Below are positions 9,598 to 19,985 of a stretch of DNA of 64,000 nt, piece after piece. A program made the position numbers and the translations under genes. The notes under the pieces are model-generated. The model was not told the DNA's origin, did no database searches, and saw only the letters and a list, made by a program, of their open reading frames with translations. Numbering within the stretch: position 1 is the first letter of the stretch; each line of letters starts with the position of its first letter. Source of the stretch: Escherichia phage JSE; the sequence record EU863408. One strand, written 5' to 3'.

Positions 9598-12500
9598 TTA
9601 AAGCGCCTAGTGTAACTAGCTTGACAATAGAAAAATTGTCTGCTAATCAGGCGTATATCACATGGGATGACGTAGGCGAAAACTTCTTTTATTTTGTGGA
9701 GTTAGCCGAAACCAGAACACGAGACGGGGAGATCATCCCCGTCGATGAGTTAAGCTGGGTAAACCTGGGATATACTGCCGAACAAAACTGGTTTGAGGAT
9801 AAAAACCTTTTTCCAGAATATTATTACAAATTTCGTGTAGCAGTAGCCGCAGAAGGATTTGAACAAAGTAAATGGATTGAAACCGAAGAGTTTCAGACAT
9901 TTAAAACAAACGCATATAATTTTTCTATGATGCGAGAGTTCAACCTTGCAAACGAGTTTGTTAAGCAAAAGTTTACATATGATAATCGTGATTATATTAA
10001 ATTCAATACTGATTTAATTCAAGCATCATTGATGAAGGAAGATTTTGTCTTTAGTCCTGAATATGCAAACATGACAAATATCTCAAACTACATTGTAGTT
10101 GATGAGAACTTTCATGAAATACAGGATCACATAGAAAAAGTTTGTATTGATATAAACCGCACTATGTTAGCGGAAATGAACGGTGTTTTGTACCTTTTCG
10201 AACGGTTCCAGCCGATTGTGAAAGTGTCAAATGATAAAGGTCAATCATGGAAAGCATACAAGGCTTTTAATGACCGTGTAGGCAATCCGGTTTCCCGTAC
10301 ATGCGTTTATCAGTCTAAAACCACTACTTACGTTTTAGGATATGACCGAATCTTTTACGGACGACAAGCTAGAGATACTCGATGGAGCGCGGACGATGTT
10401 CGATTTAGTGATGATACGATCACTTTTGCAAAGGTTGGTGACGAGAACGATTTAGGCTTTGACGTTGAGGTCTTTGGTGTATTTTCCAGATTGACAGGTG
10501 ACACCACAAAATACGCCGAAGCTATGGCGTGCAGTGACGATTATTTGTGGGTTGGTGCTAAAGATGTTATTCGCCGGATTCGTCTTAAGAATACTCCTGT
10601 TGATACCGTACAGGGTTCGCCTACGTTTGGAGAAAAAATATTCGATCCTGATGTTATCCGAGTAACAGGAAATGATAAAGCTGTCATTCAGAAAATGGAT
10701 GTGATCGACGGTAAATTGCTTGTATTTGTTACGGGTGAAGTTAAACAGCGTTATCAAGATCCAACTAAACCAGAAAACGTTGTTCCGTCAGATGATGCGG
10801 GTGTATACTTAATAGGGAGTGATGGTCTGTCTTTTCAGAGAGTATTTGGCAACACTCCGCAGGAAAGGGAATATATTCAGCATGGGTTCAGTAATATGTC
10901 AACCAATGGTGATGAGGTGTTCATAAGCCATTATAATCATCACTTTGAAAGCATTTTACCTGATCCAGAAACTGCCGCGAAATATGAATTAGGCGAAGCT
11001 GTGAAATATTCTCAGGAGCCAACTTATCTAACTGATAAGAAAATACATCAAACTACTTTCAGAGCAAGTTATGATGATTTGCGTATTTGGGAGTTGGGAC
11101 CGCAAGCGTATTATAATGAGGCTGATTATACATGGATGCGTCGAAACGGTGTCCGTGTGTGGATCACAAATGATAATCGCCCGTTGGTTGTTTATCCAGA
11201 GGTTATCTATACTCAAGAAGTTGATACATCTGGCATTCTTGACCAAAATAGGGTCAACCGAGAAGTTTATGATAAAGGGACCGTGACCTGTTATCTTAAC
11301 AATGTTAAATTTGAAGGATTCAAACAATATGCATCCGGTGTAATGTTCCATAAAAACACGGGAGAGATCATAGGATTCTATCAATTTAATTATCGTGTTC
11401 GTGACCAAGTTGGTGTATATTGGAAACCTACAAATGTCGCATTTGTTGCTGAATTGCAAAATCAGGTTCGGGAGGTTCCCTGGGTTCCTGTTCATTATGA
11501 CAGAGAGCAAGATCCAGATTTGCGGCCTTTACTGAATAAGATGACGCCTGATAGCTTTTTACTTGAGAACGAAAATTTCAGAAAATTCTCTGAATATTAT
11601 CTGCAATTCTTAAGTGATGGTTCAGGAACATATTATAATAAACTAAAAAATCTGATTAAAAACAAATATCCACGCGAGCAAGATGCATATGAGTATCTTT
11701 GGTCAGAGATGAACAAACGAAACATCTATGCAGATAAAAACAAGCGAGATGCGGTCGTAAGATTCTTTGAATCCCGCAAATCAGATTTTTATTCCACTAA
11801 GGGCGTGGAGGCTTCTTACAAGTTCTTGTTTAAGTTACTTTATAATGAAGATGTGGAAATTGAGGTTGAATCACAAGCCGGACTAGAGTATGATATTGTT
11901 GTTAGTTCAACGAACATTGACGAGGATATCGTAGGACGCACGATCTATACTCCAACCGGACGGGCTAACGTGACTTATCTTGAAAGGGAATATGAAGGTG
12001 GACGTCTACGCTGGCGAGTAACCATTCATAACCTGATCGGGCGGTTTGAAGAAGGTCAAGTGATCAAATCAGAGAAAACAGCGTTTGAGGGGATGATCCT
12101 TGTTGGTGTACGTGGTAAAGAGTTGTTGAGTAGTTCAATCGACTATATCAACCGCTCACGAAGCCAATACACCATGAAGATTAAAAGTGCATTGCCAGTT
12201 TCGCGCTATGCAAATGATGTAATGCGATTCGTTCATCCTGTCGGCTTTGGTTTCATAGGTGTTACTCTTCTTACAATGTTTATTAATAGCGGGTTAAGTA
12301 TGAGACACGTAGAAACTATAATTCAATCTCTGAAAAATTATAAGTTTGACAGCGGATTGCCTAGCGTGTATCCTGATCGTGTTGCTGATCTTGATGTTGA
12401 TGGAAATATTAAGATTGACCCACTAACAGGGAAACCATTATACTTAACGTCACCGACAATTGGCGAAGAGTTCCCTGTTCCTCCTGAATATGATCAGGAG

Positions 12501-12680
12501 AACAGCGAATTGTTCCACGGACTTAAAGCAAGCGAACGAAGATTTGCAATGAGTCCACTGTTTGACCAGTCGGCGGTAACATTCTCTATGTTCCGTGAAC
12601 TTGTAGATAAACGGTTGAAGGATAATATAGGGAATCCACGCGATCCGAAGAATCCGACACAGAGGAAAATTAATGGCTAA
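9594..12680 (+). CDS. 7: baseplate wedge initiator gp7-like
   Basis: 1028 aa (T4 gp7 about 1030 aa). Confidence 0.8.
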   Translation: MIKAPSVTSLTIEKLSANQAYITWDDVGENFFYFVELAETRTRDGEIIPVDELSWVNLGYTAEQNWFEDKNLFPEYYYKFRVAVAAEGFEQSKWIETEEFQTFKTNAYNFSMMREFNLANEFVKQKFTYDNRDYIKFNTDLIQASLMKEDFVFSPEYANMTNISNYIVVDENFHEIQDHIEKVCIDINRTMLAEMNGVLYLFERFQPIVKVSNDKGQSWKAYKAFNDRVGNPVSRTCVYQSKTTTYVLGYDRIFYGRQARDTRWSADDVRFSDDTITFAKVGDENDLGFDVEVFGVFSRLTGDTTKYAEAMACSDDYLWVGAKDVIRRIRLKNTPVDTVQGSPTFGEKIFDPDVIRVTGNDKAVIQKMDVIDGKLLVFVTGEVKQRYQDPTKPENVVPSDDAGVYLIGSDGLSFQRVFGNTPQEREYIQHGFSNMSTNGDEVFISHYNHHFESILPDPETAAKYELGEAVKYSQEPTYLTDKKIHQTTFRASYDDLRIWELGPQAYYNEADYTWMRRNGVRVWITNDNRPLVVYPEVIYTQEVDTSGILDQNRVNREVYDKGTVTCYLNNVKFEGFKQYASGVMFHKNTGEIIGFYQFNYRVRDQVGVYWKPTNVAFVAELQNQVREVPWVPVHYDREQDPDLRPLLNKMTPDSFLLENENFRKFSEYYLQFLSDGSGTYYNKLKNLIKNKYPREQDAYEYLWSEMNKRNIYADKNKRDAVVRFFESRKSDFYSTKGVEASYKFLFKLLYNEDVEIEVESQAGLEYDIVVSSTNIDEDIVGRTIYTPTGRANVTYLEREYEGGRLRWRVTIHNLIGRFEEGQVIKSEKTAFEGMILVGVRGKELLSSSIDYINRSRSQYTMKIKSALPVSRYANDVMRFVHPVGFGFIGVTLLTMFINSGLSMRHVETIIQSLKNYKFDSGLPSVYPDRVADLDVDGNIKIDPLTGKPLYLTSPTIGEEFPVPPEYDQENSELFHGLKASERRFAMSPLFDQSAVTFSMFRELVDKRLKDNIGNPRDPKNPTQRKING

Positions 12681-13668
12681 TGAAAATAGTGTGATCTATC
12701 GCTCAATCATTACTAGCAAATTCAGAACAGAAAAACTTCTGAACTTCTATAATTCTGTAGGCGATGGAGCAAATCAAATTACAATTTATGGAACGTTTGG
12801 ACGTTCGGAGCCGTGGTCAGAAAACGAAAAAGAGGTGGGCTTTGCCCCACCTTATCCGACCGATTCAACGGCTGGTGTTGTTGACATGTGGACCCATATG
12901 ATGGGGGCGGTTAAGATTAACAAATCACTTCTTGATGCGGTTATCCCTCGTAAAGATTGGGGTGATACCGGACAGGATAACCCGCGCACATTCTTTATCA
13001 ATGACATTGTTGTTGTCAACTCAGCACCATATAACCGAACTGATGTTGGTAGCGGCTGGATGGTGTATCGCGTAACCGATGTTCCTGAACGCGGTTACTG
13101 CTCGATTTCAAGCATTGACGCTAAAGTAGAGTGTTTGAAGTTGGGCGGAAAGTGGACCCCCACTCATGAATCAATTGCGCCACCTGTAGGAAAGGGCGAT
13201 TCTATTGATATGGGTGATGGGTATCGTTGGGAATATCTGTACACAATTCCACCTGATGCGGCGATCAACCGTTGCACCAATGAACATATTGTTGTACCGT
13301 TCCCCGATGAACTGCGACAAGATCCGGCGCGTTGGGGCTATGACAATGTGATCACATGGTATAATGACTATAATCTTCTTTATCGGCTGAAAGTAGTAAC
13401 TTTGCGTTTTCAGGCTTATATGGACTCTGCGCAATTCCCAACTACCGCGTTAGTGGGTAATACTGGTTTCCGTCAGTTAAGCATTATCCTTAACCCATTG
13501 GAAAAGAAAGCACGCCCTAGCGATCCAGACGTTAAAGCGGTCAAAGATAAGTACCGACCGCAAGACTTAGAGCCACACTCAGGCGAAATGATCTACATGG
13601 AAAACCGACAACCTATCGTTCGGTCATTAGATCAAACAGAACTTGTTTCTGTATTGTTTGAGTTCTAA
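12673..13668 (+). CDS. 8: baseplate wedge protein gp8-like
   Basis: 331 aa; position. Confidence 0.8.
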   Translation: MANENSVIYRSIITSKFRTEKLLNFYNSVGDGANQITIYGTFGRSEPWSENEKEVGFAPPYPTDSTAGVVDMWTHMMGAVKINKSLLDAVIPRKDWGDTGQDNPRTFFINDIVVVNSAPYNRTDVGSGWMVYRVTDVPERGYCSISSIDAKVECLKLGGKWTPTHESIAPPVGKGDSIDMGDGYRWEYLYTIPPDAAINRCTNEHIVVPFPDELRQDPARWGYDNVITWYNDYNLLYRLKVVTLRFQAYMDSAQFPTTALVGNTGFRQLSIILNPLEKKARPSDPDVKAVKDKYRPQDLEPHSGEMIYMENRQPIVRSLDQTELVSVLFEF

Positions 13669-13683
13669 GTGTATGATTTTAAA

Positions 13684-13710
13684 AGCCAATTCGAGAGAGT
13701 TGGCTTTTTC
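13684..13710 (+). terminator. intrinsic terminator after gene 8
   Basis: AAGCCAA...TTGGCTT hairpin followed by TTTTT. Confidence 0.5.
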
Positions 13711-13721
13711 CATTTTTGGTG

Positions 13722-13749
13722 TTGACAATCTTATTTGGTAAGGTATAAT
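13722..13749 (+). promoter_or_regulatory. consensus sigma70-type early promoter
   Basis: TTGACA (13722-13727), 16-nt spacer, TATAAT (13744-13749); 30 nt before the ATG at 13779. Confidence 0.6.
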
Positions 13750-13778
13750 ACACACATCTAAACAACGGAGGATAAATT

Positions 13779-14036
13779 ATGGCACGTCGTAAATTTACAG
13801 ATAATTGTGAAGCAATTCAGGTATCCCCTTGCGGTTGGGATGTGATCGCGAACGGTGAAAAGATCGGCGAGATCATCGATCATACTCATTCATCACTAGC
13901 CGATTACACCGATGAACTATGGGAGGGTATCAACTTCATGAATGACACTAAACGATTCAAGACTATCGACGAAGCTATCTATTTTGTGTATAATCCAACT
14001 TTCGGTATGTGGGGAACTAGAAAATGGCACGCGTAA
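13779..14036 (+). CDS. hypothetical protein (cassette gene 1)
   Basis: 85 aa; GGAGG 7 nt before ATG. Confidence 0.5.
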   Translation: MARRKFTDNCEAIQVSPCGWDVIANGEKIGEIIDHTHSSLADYTDELWEGINFMNDTKRFKTIDEAIYFVYNPTFGMWGTRKWHA

Positions 14037-14356
14037 ATATTAAATTGCATTACACAATGAATAAAGCTAAGTTCCCAATGCAAAAGCATTACTATGGTCT
14101 ACGTGCACAAGATCCTAAACTCTATGGTACTCATTGGTTTTGTAAACATGATAACCAATGGCACACATACGAAGAAATGCATGAGATGATGAAACAGGGT
14201 ATTGAATTTAGTTATTCTAATTATGACCATCGTATAACTTGCATTCGAAAATTGAAACGATGGATTCGTAAGAATCCGCAATTTAAAAACTTTGTGTTCT
14301 TTATGTCTCATGTTTATTTGGGACATAGCGTTACCGTCACAGCAAAGGTTAAATAA
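14024..14356 (+). CDS. hypothetical protein (cassette gene 2)
   Basis: 110 aa; overlaps the upstream gene by 13 nt. Confidence 0.5.
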   Translation: MARVNIKLHYTMNKAKFPMQKHYYGLRAQDPKLYGTHWFCKHDNQWHTYEEMHEMMKQGIEFSYSNYDHRITCIRKLKRWIRKNPQFKNFVFFMSHVYLGHSVTVTAKVK

Positions 14357-15195
14357 TGGCACGACTTTCTAAACAAGAACAAAAATTACACGATCGGGTG
14401 ATGGAGTTGATTAATTCAGATCGCCCATTGACATATGAAGAAAAAGAATTTTGCTATAATAACTATCATGGCGATGGTCTAGGCGGTTCAGGTGCATTCT
14501 TTACCCCAGAAGGGCTTGCATGGGATTTTACCATCGATGCACATTGCACAGGAAAAGTATTAGATCTTTGTGCTGGGATCGGTCGCTTATCTTTTTGTAT
14601 GTTACATCGTTGTAAGCCAGAAAAGATCGTATGCGTCGAACTCAATCCAGAATTTGCGCGGATTGGCAAGAGACTATTACCGGAGGCAGAATGGATCACC
14701 AGCGATGTATTCGAATTTGAGTCAAACGAAAAATTCGATGTGGTGATCAGCAATCCACCTTTCGGGAAAATCAATACAACCGACACAAAGGATGTATTTG
14801 AGTACACTGGCGGCGAATTTGAATTTAAGGTTATGACATTAGGCCAGAAGTTTGCCGATGTAGGTTATTTTATTGTTCCTACTGGTTCCGCTGGTTTTGC
14901 TTATTCCGGCAGACCTTATTATGACGGGAGCATGAAGTCTAATAAATATCTAAAATGGAGCAAACAAACTGGTTTGGTGACTTACGCCGGATGTGGGATC
15001 GATACATCAATCTATCGCGATGAATGGCATAGTACCAACGTTTTAACAGAAGTGGTTGAGGTTCGGTATTACGAGAAAGAAGCTGTAGAAGCGCCTAAAT
15101 CACGTCCTAACGAACAAATAGAAGAAAGTAAGGAGATTACCTTACCGAAACAGGAAAGCGAGTCTGGGACGCTCTCAGATTTGTTTGACATTTAA
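14356..15195 (+). CDS. SAM-dependent amino-methyltransferase, probably N6-adenine DNA MTase
   Basis: 279 aa; motif I VLDLCAGIGRL then motif IV NPPFG. Confidence 0.6.
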   Translation: MARLSKQEQKLHDRVMELINSDRPLTYEEKEFCYNNYHGDGLGGSGAFFTPEGLAWDFTIDAHCTGKVLDLCAGIGRLSFCMLHRCKPEKIVCVELNPEFARIGKRLLPEAEWITSDVFEFESNEKFDVVISNPPFGKINTTDTKDVFEYTGGEFEFKVMTLGQKFADVGYFIVPTGSAGFAYSGRPYYDGSMKSNKYLKWSKQTGLVTYAGCGIDTSIYRDEWHSTNVLTEVVEVRYYEKEAVEAPKSRPNEQIEESKEITLPKQESESGTLSDLFDI

Positions 15196-15200
15196 TTATA

Positions 15201-15226
15201 AGCCGTCCTTGTGGGCGGCTTTTTTG
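15201..15226 (+). terminator. intrinsic terminator after the methyltransferase cassette
   Basis: AGCCGTCC-ttgt-GGGCGGCT followed by TTTTT. Confidence 0.55.
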
Positions 15227-15235
15227 TATGTATTT

Positions 15236-15243
15236 TATAAATA
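15236..15243 (+). promoter_or_regulatory. late promoter TATAAATA upstream of gene 9
   Basis: exact TATAAATA 27 nt before the ATG at 15271. Confidence 0.5.
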
Positions 15244-15270
15244 ATACATCATAACATGAGGAATTAAACA

Positions 15271-16125
15271 ATGGCACAAGTTCCAAAGAAAAGAATAGAC
15301 ACAGGTACTGTCGGCAATCCCAGCACCGGGGACATCCTCTATGACGGCGGTAATAAAATTAACGATAACTTTGATTCAATATATGACGCATTTGCTGATC
15401 AACGGTTTAAAGACGTAGACCACGGCGTAGGAAGAATGGTTATTCATGCAACCGGATACTATCAGAAACATCCACGTCAAAGCTACTCTGGTTCCGCTGT
15501 TGAGATTGGGAGTCTACACGATATCGATACAACTCAAGGCGCACTTATTGCTATTCTACCTAAAGCAAAGGTCGGTGAGGGTGTTGTATTCATAAATAGT
15601 AACGGTAGCCTTTCAACGACTACACCGCTCAATATTCGAACTCAAGCAGGTGATTCTATTAGCGGGTATTCCGGTGATGCTACAATAACACAACCATTTT
15701 CAAAAGTCACTGTTTGGTGTACTGCCGTTGAAGGTAGTCGCGTAACATGGCGATTGGGTATCGAAAGTATGTTTACCGATACAACAACGCCATTAGATAA
15801 AACAGTTAACGTAACTGGAGTAGCAACAAACGTTGCTATTGCCGCAAAAACAGAATACGTTTCCATCAAATTATTAACTACCGCTAGCAATACATCCGGT
15901 TCAAAAATGCGTTCAAGTGAAACGCTACTGATGATTGATTCTAAAGCCGGAAAAGTTTATGCGACGGAATATGCAGTTTTGCAGAAGACAGAAGACGAAT
16001 TATACACGGTTCGTTATTTCATCGGTTCCGGCGATAAAGTATATGCAGAGTATAAGGCTACTGGCGAAAATATTCGTTTAGCAGTTAAAGCCGTAGACAC
16101 TATTAAAATCGGGGTTGCTACATGA
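15271..16125 (+). CDS. 9: baseplate wedge / long tail fiber socket gp9-like
   Basis: 284 aa; N-terminus PKKRIDTG.VGN.STGDIL.DGGNKIN matches recalled T4 gp9. Confidence 0.85.
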   Translation: MAQVPKKRIDTGTVGNPSTGDILYDGGNKINDNFDSIYDAFADQRFKDVDHGVGRMVIHATGYYQKHPRQSYSGSAVEIGSLHDIDTTQGALIAILPKAKVGEGVVFINSNGSLSTTTPLNIRTQAGDSISGYSGDATITQPFSKVTVWCTAVEGSRVTWRLGIESMFTDTTTPLDKTVNVTGVATNVAIAAKTEYVSIKLLTTASNTSGSKMRSSETLLMIDSKAGKVYATEYAVLQKTEDELYTVRYFIGSGDKVYAEYKATGENIRLAVKAVDTIKIGVAT

Positions 16126-17924
16126 AACAATTAATTAATATCGGTAACGTTGTTGATGACGGTACAGGTGATTATCTAAGAAAAGGCGGTCAAAAGATTA
16201 ATGACAACTTTTCTGAACTTTATACTAAGCTGGGGGATGGTGATATCCCTCATGCATCCGGCGCGTGGAAAACTCACACACAACCAGTATTAAAACCAAA
16301 TTTTGGTGATGCATGGGCGATTAATACAACGAACAACGCTGTTTCTGTTGAATTGCCTAAAGGTGGAGTTGGTGATTATAACAAGACAATTAAACTTCGT
16401 GATGTTTGGCGCTCGTGGGCGTCTCATAACGTAACACTTAAGCCAGCACAAGGTGATACCATTAAGGGATCTCCAATCGACCGTGAGTTGTATAAAGATT
16501 TTATGGATGTTGAACTGGTTTATTGTGCGCCTGGACGCTGGGAATATATCGAAAACAAGCGAGTTGACACGATCACCACGTCTGACCTAAGCACAGTAGC
16601 TAAGGAAGTTTATATTGCCACAGAAGGGCAAACAGATTTCCCTAATGTATTTGGTTCTAACACATATAACACTCGAAATGTTGAAGTATATTATCGAGGA
16701 AACCTTTTATATTATGGCAAGTCTTTTAGTAATGACTCTAACTACGGTTCAATTGGTGAGGATGGATCACTTGTTGAACTTGATGGCAAAAGCATAAAAC
16801 TTCGTTTTCCTTGTTCGGCTGGGGATACCGTTCAAATTATTACATATATGGACGGAATTGCATCATTCCGATCTAGTTATATCACACACACAATTAGAGT
16901 GTATGATACCGGAATGACAGCACTAGAAACTATTCCTGGTGAAGTGTGGGTAGGTGATTTATCGACGAAAAAAGAATTTACCAATGCTGATTTGGGAGTT
17001 AGTAAACGTGATATAATTAACCCAAATTCATTTGAGTTATTAATAAATGGTACTCAAATGATTAAAGCTGGTGATGCTGATCTTCCTTCGTTTGTTTGTG
17101 AAGGTGCTGACGGAGAAACCGAAGAGAGTTGCGCACTTGCTGGCGGTCAGTGGGTACAGTCTGGAGAAGATTATTCACTGGTATTTGATGAGAATAGCAT
17201 TGTAACAGGGATTAAATTAGCTAAAGCGTTGGACAATAGAGATACTATAACAATTCGTTGGTTTAATAACGATATCGGAACTCTATTAGAATGGGATGGT
17301 GTCGGCGGAATTAAAGAAAAAGCAGACAAGATTTATCTCAATAACGAAGACGAAGTTAATTTAACAAAACAAATTGAATATACCGACTTCCAGAATCCTA
17401 GCCAGAAAAACACTCGTCCGGCGGAAGAGTATTCAGGTCGAATTATGGATATATATGCACTGTTTGATATTTTCCATCCGATCGGCACGATATACGAAAA
17501 CGCACATAACCCAGCTAACCCAGCGACATATATGGGTATTGGTATCTGGGTTCGGTATGCGGAAGGAGAATTTCTTGCTGGTTGGTCTTCCGATGCCAGC
17601 GACCAGAATTTTGCATTAAACAATAACGATCTTGATATTCATGGACAACCTACACACACCGCTGGTGGTACTGGTGGTGAAGTTGCCTATCAAATCAAGA
17701 AAGATATGATTCCTGAATTACAATCCAGCGATCGTGTTTTGGTGAAAGACGATACAGGGTCAATTATCATTGGTGGTTGTCAAGTTGACCCTGATGCGGC
17801 AGGTCCAGCGTTTACGAAATATAGAGAGGATATCGTAAAAGTTAATTCTGGAAATGCTGATCCATCAATGATGGGTATTCTTCCTCCATATCGCACCGTT
17901 CATCGCTGGTTAAGGGTAGGTTAA
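16122..17924 (+). CDS. 10: baseplate wedge protein gp10-like
   Basis: 600 aa; N-terminus resembles gp9 N-terminus as in T4. Confidence 0.8.
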   Translation: MKQLINIGNVVDDGTGDYLRKGGQKINDNFSELYTKLGDGDIPHASGAWKTHTQPVLKPNFGDAWAINTTNNAVSVELPKGGVGDYNKTIKLRDVWRSWASHNVTLKPAQGDTIKGSPIDRELYKDFMDVELVYCAPGRWEYIENKRVDTITTSDLSTVAKEVYIATEGQTDFPNVFGSNTYNTRNVEVYYRGNLLYYGKSFSNDSNYGSIGEDGSLVELDGKSIKLRFPCSAGDTVQIITYMDGIASFRSSYITHTIRVYDTGMTALETIPGEVWVGDLSTKKEFTNADLGVSKRDIINPNSFELLINGTQMIKAGDADLPSFVCEGADGETEESCALAGGQWVQSGEDYSLVFDENSIVTGIKLAKALDNRDTITIRWFNNDIGTLLEWDGVGGIKEKADKIYLNNEDEVNLTKQIEYTDFQNPSQKNTRPAEEYSGRIMDIYALFDIFHPIGTIYENAHNPANPATYMGIGIWVRYAEGEFLAGWSSDASDQNFALNNNDLDIHGQPTHTAGGTGGEVAYQIKKDMIPELQSSDRVLVKDDTGSIIIGGCQVDPDAAGPAFTKYREDIVKVNSGNADPSMMGILPPYRTVHRWLRVG

Positions 17925-17925
17925 T

Positions 17926-18570
17926 ATGATTTCTAAAACACGTTCTAAAGCAAGCGTATTTTCTAGCGACGCAGCATTCATTTCATACGATCCGGGGTCT
18001 AAAGACCCCATTATTGGTGACATTCGCCCAATTGGTGGATTAAACGTAGACCAATCTCGCAAAGGTTCTTTTATTAACAACGTACAATCAGCCATTGATG
18101 ATTTGTATAGCATTTCTATGCTTAATGTCGGTGATGTATTGGTAACTACAAATTCAACTCCACCGGAAGCGGCGGGACAAATAGAAACTCTTTCTTTCAC
18201 TGGAACGGTAACAAATAAACACGATCCAGCCGCGAAAAAAGTTGTGATTGAAGTTTTGGGTTATCCATTTGTTGTTAATGTTGGAACATCGAATGTTGCA
18301 TTATGCGAAATGGTCACAACAAAATTTACTGAATTGAAAGACAAAAGCATCCTGTTCTCTAAAGTTCAGAGGAAAGGCACTGGCAACGATCAAATAGAGA
18401 TTCAGTATATTGATTCAAACGCACACGAAGCAACGGTCGTAGAAAAATATGGTATTAGCGTTCGTGGGGAAATAAATTCCCCTGCTCGTTATGGTTATGG
18501 TGCATGGTCCAGATTGGGAACGGAAGAAAAATTTGATTCAACACTATTTTATTTTAAGCGTATTGCGTAA
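17926..18570 (+). CDS. 11: baseplate wedge protein gp11-like
   Basis: 214 aa; position. Confidence 0.75.
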   Translation: MISKTRSKASVFSSDAAFISYDPGSKDPIIGDIRPIGGLNVDQSRKGSFINNVQSAIDDLYSISMLNVGDVLVTTNSTPPEAAGQIETLSFTGTVTNKHDPAAKKVVIEVLGYPFVVNVGTSNVALCEMVTTKFTELKDKSILFSKVQRKGTGNDQIEIQYIDSNAHEATVVEKYGISVRGEINSPARYGYGAWSRLGTEEKFDSTLFYFKRIA

Positions 18571-18581
18571 GGTGTAAAATT

Positions 18582-19985
18582 ATGAATAACACTATTAATC
18601 ACGTAAAAGACGATGCACAGTATGTTAAGTTTGACCCTACCGGAAATTGGCCTAGCAATATAAAAAACGTACAAGCGGCATTAGCCGCTATTCAGGGATT
18701 TGCTATTGCAGGTCTTCCAACGGCAACCGAAGAAACAGCGGGTATTGCTGAAATTGCTACTCAACAAGAAGTAGATGATGGGTTGGATGGAACTAAAATT
18801 GTTACCCCCAAAACATTGGCTGTTAAGCTGTCAAGACCGGACGCAACAAAACTTGTCAAAGGGATCACTCGCTATGCTAATAACGATGAAGCTATGGGCG
18901 ATACTCCAAATATTGCAATTGGTCCTGATACATTAACCCATGTATTCGAGAATAAGAAAGCAACGGAAACCGTACAGGGTACAATTAAAATCTGTTCTAT
19001 GGATGCGGCAAAAATCGGTAGTGATGACACTATGGCGGTCACGCCTAAAAAGATGCACGCTGCTATTGCTCAGATTGTTCCTGGGTTGATTCCAGAACAA
19101 AACACGGCGACCGAGTCCCGTGAGGGTTTAGTTCGACTGGCGACAAGCCAACAAACGCTTGCTGGTACTATCAGAGAAGGATTTGCCGTTAGCCCATATG
19201 CATTTTCCAACGCAAGAGCCAATGAAAATCAGGCGGGTACTGTTAAAATTGCGTCATCCCAACAAATGATTGACGGTAATGACAACACAGTAGTAGTATC
19301 AGCACAAAAATTTGCGAACACTAAAGCAACCACTGGACAATTCGGTGTTGTTAAGCTAACAGATAACCCAGGATCAGGCGAGGCAAACACAGCACTGTCG
19401 GCAAACGCTCGTGTATTGCCTCTAAGTGGTGGTGTCGTTACTGGTGATGTGTATCGTCATAGTGGAGGCGACGGAAACCAGTTTATCATTAAAAATGAAC
19501 TGGATGGTCTTTGTATGCCTATTGGTGGCATCATTCTTACAGCATTTAACAGTTTCGACCACGCACAATTCAAAATCTGCAACGGTCAATGGTTAAATAA
19601 ACACCAATATCCAGTATTATTTTCACGAATCGGTTTCACTTACGGCGGAGATGGCGGAGACAACTTTGCTCTACCCGATATGCGAGGGCTTGTTGCTAGA
19701 GGATGCGACCACGGTCGAGGACTAGACCCAGGTCGTGGATTTGGTACTTATCAAGACGACACCATGCAACATATGACAGGTAACTTCCCTGTAGCCAACC
19801 GTTGGCGAGGTTGGACTGGTGGTGTATTTGCCATCACAGGCGGTCAATGGAGCACGAACTATAAAAACGGTGGTGGTGATGATTGGGGTAGTATTGTTAA
19901 CTTTGACAGCGCAAGACAGGTTAGAACGTCTGGCGAAACTCGCGTTAAAAGCCTTGCATTAAACTACATGATAAGGGTACAATAA
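18582..19985 (+). CDS. 12: short tail fiber protein gp12-like
   Basis: 467 aa; C-terminal tail-collar-like segment NGQWLNKHQYPVLFSRIGFTYGGDGGDNFALPDMRG. Confidence 0.8.
   Translation: MNNTINHVKDDAQYVKFDPTGNWPSNIKNVQAALAAIQGFAIAGLPTATEETAGIAEIATQQEVDDGLDGTKIVTPKTLAVKLSRPDATKLVKGITRYANNDEAMGDTPNIAIGPDTLTHVFENKKATETVQGTIKICSMDAAKIGSDDTMAVTPKKMHAAIAQIVPGLIPEQNTATESREGLVRLATSQQTLAGTIREGFAVSPYAFSNARANENQAGTVKIASSQQMIDGNDNTVVVSAQKFANTKATTGQFGVVKLTDNPGSGEANTALSANARVLPLSGGVVTGDVYRHSGGDGNQFIIKNELDGLCMPIGGIILTAFNSFDHAQFKICNGQWLNKHQYPVLFSRIGFTYGGDGGDNFALPDMRGLVARGCDHGRGLDPGRGFGTYQDDTMQHMTGNFPVANRWRGWTGGVFAITGGQWSTNYKNGGGDDWGSIVNFDSARQVRTSGETRVKSLALNYMIRVQ

Noticed and set aside
11028-11510. 160-aa minus-strand ORF, and similar nested ORFs (5327-5512, 8375-8656, 10452-10757, 28304-28699, 53591-54016, 54443-55045)
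   Set aside because: All lie inside well-supported structural or alt genes on the opposite strand or in another frame, without start signals.
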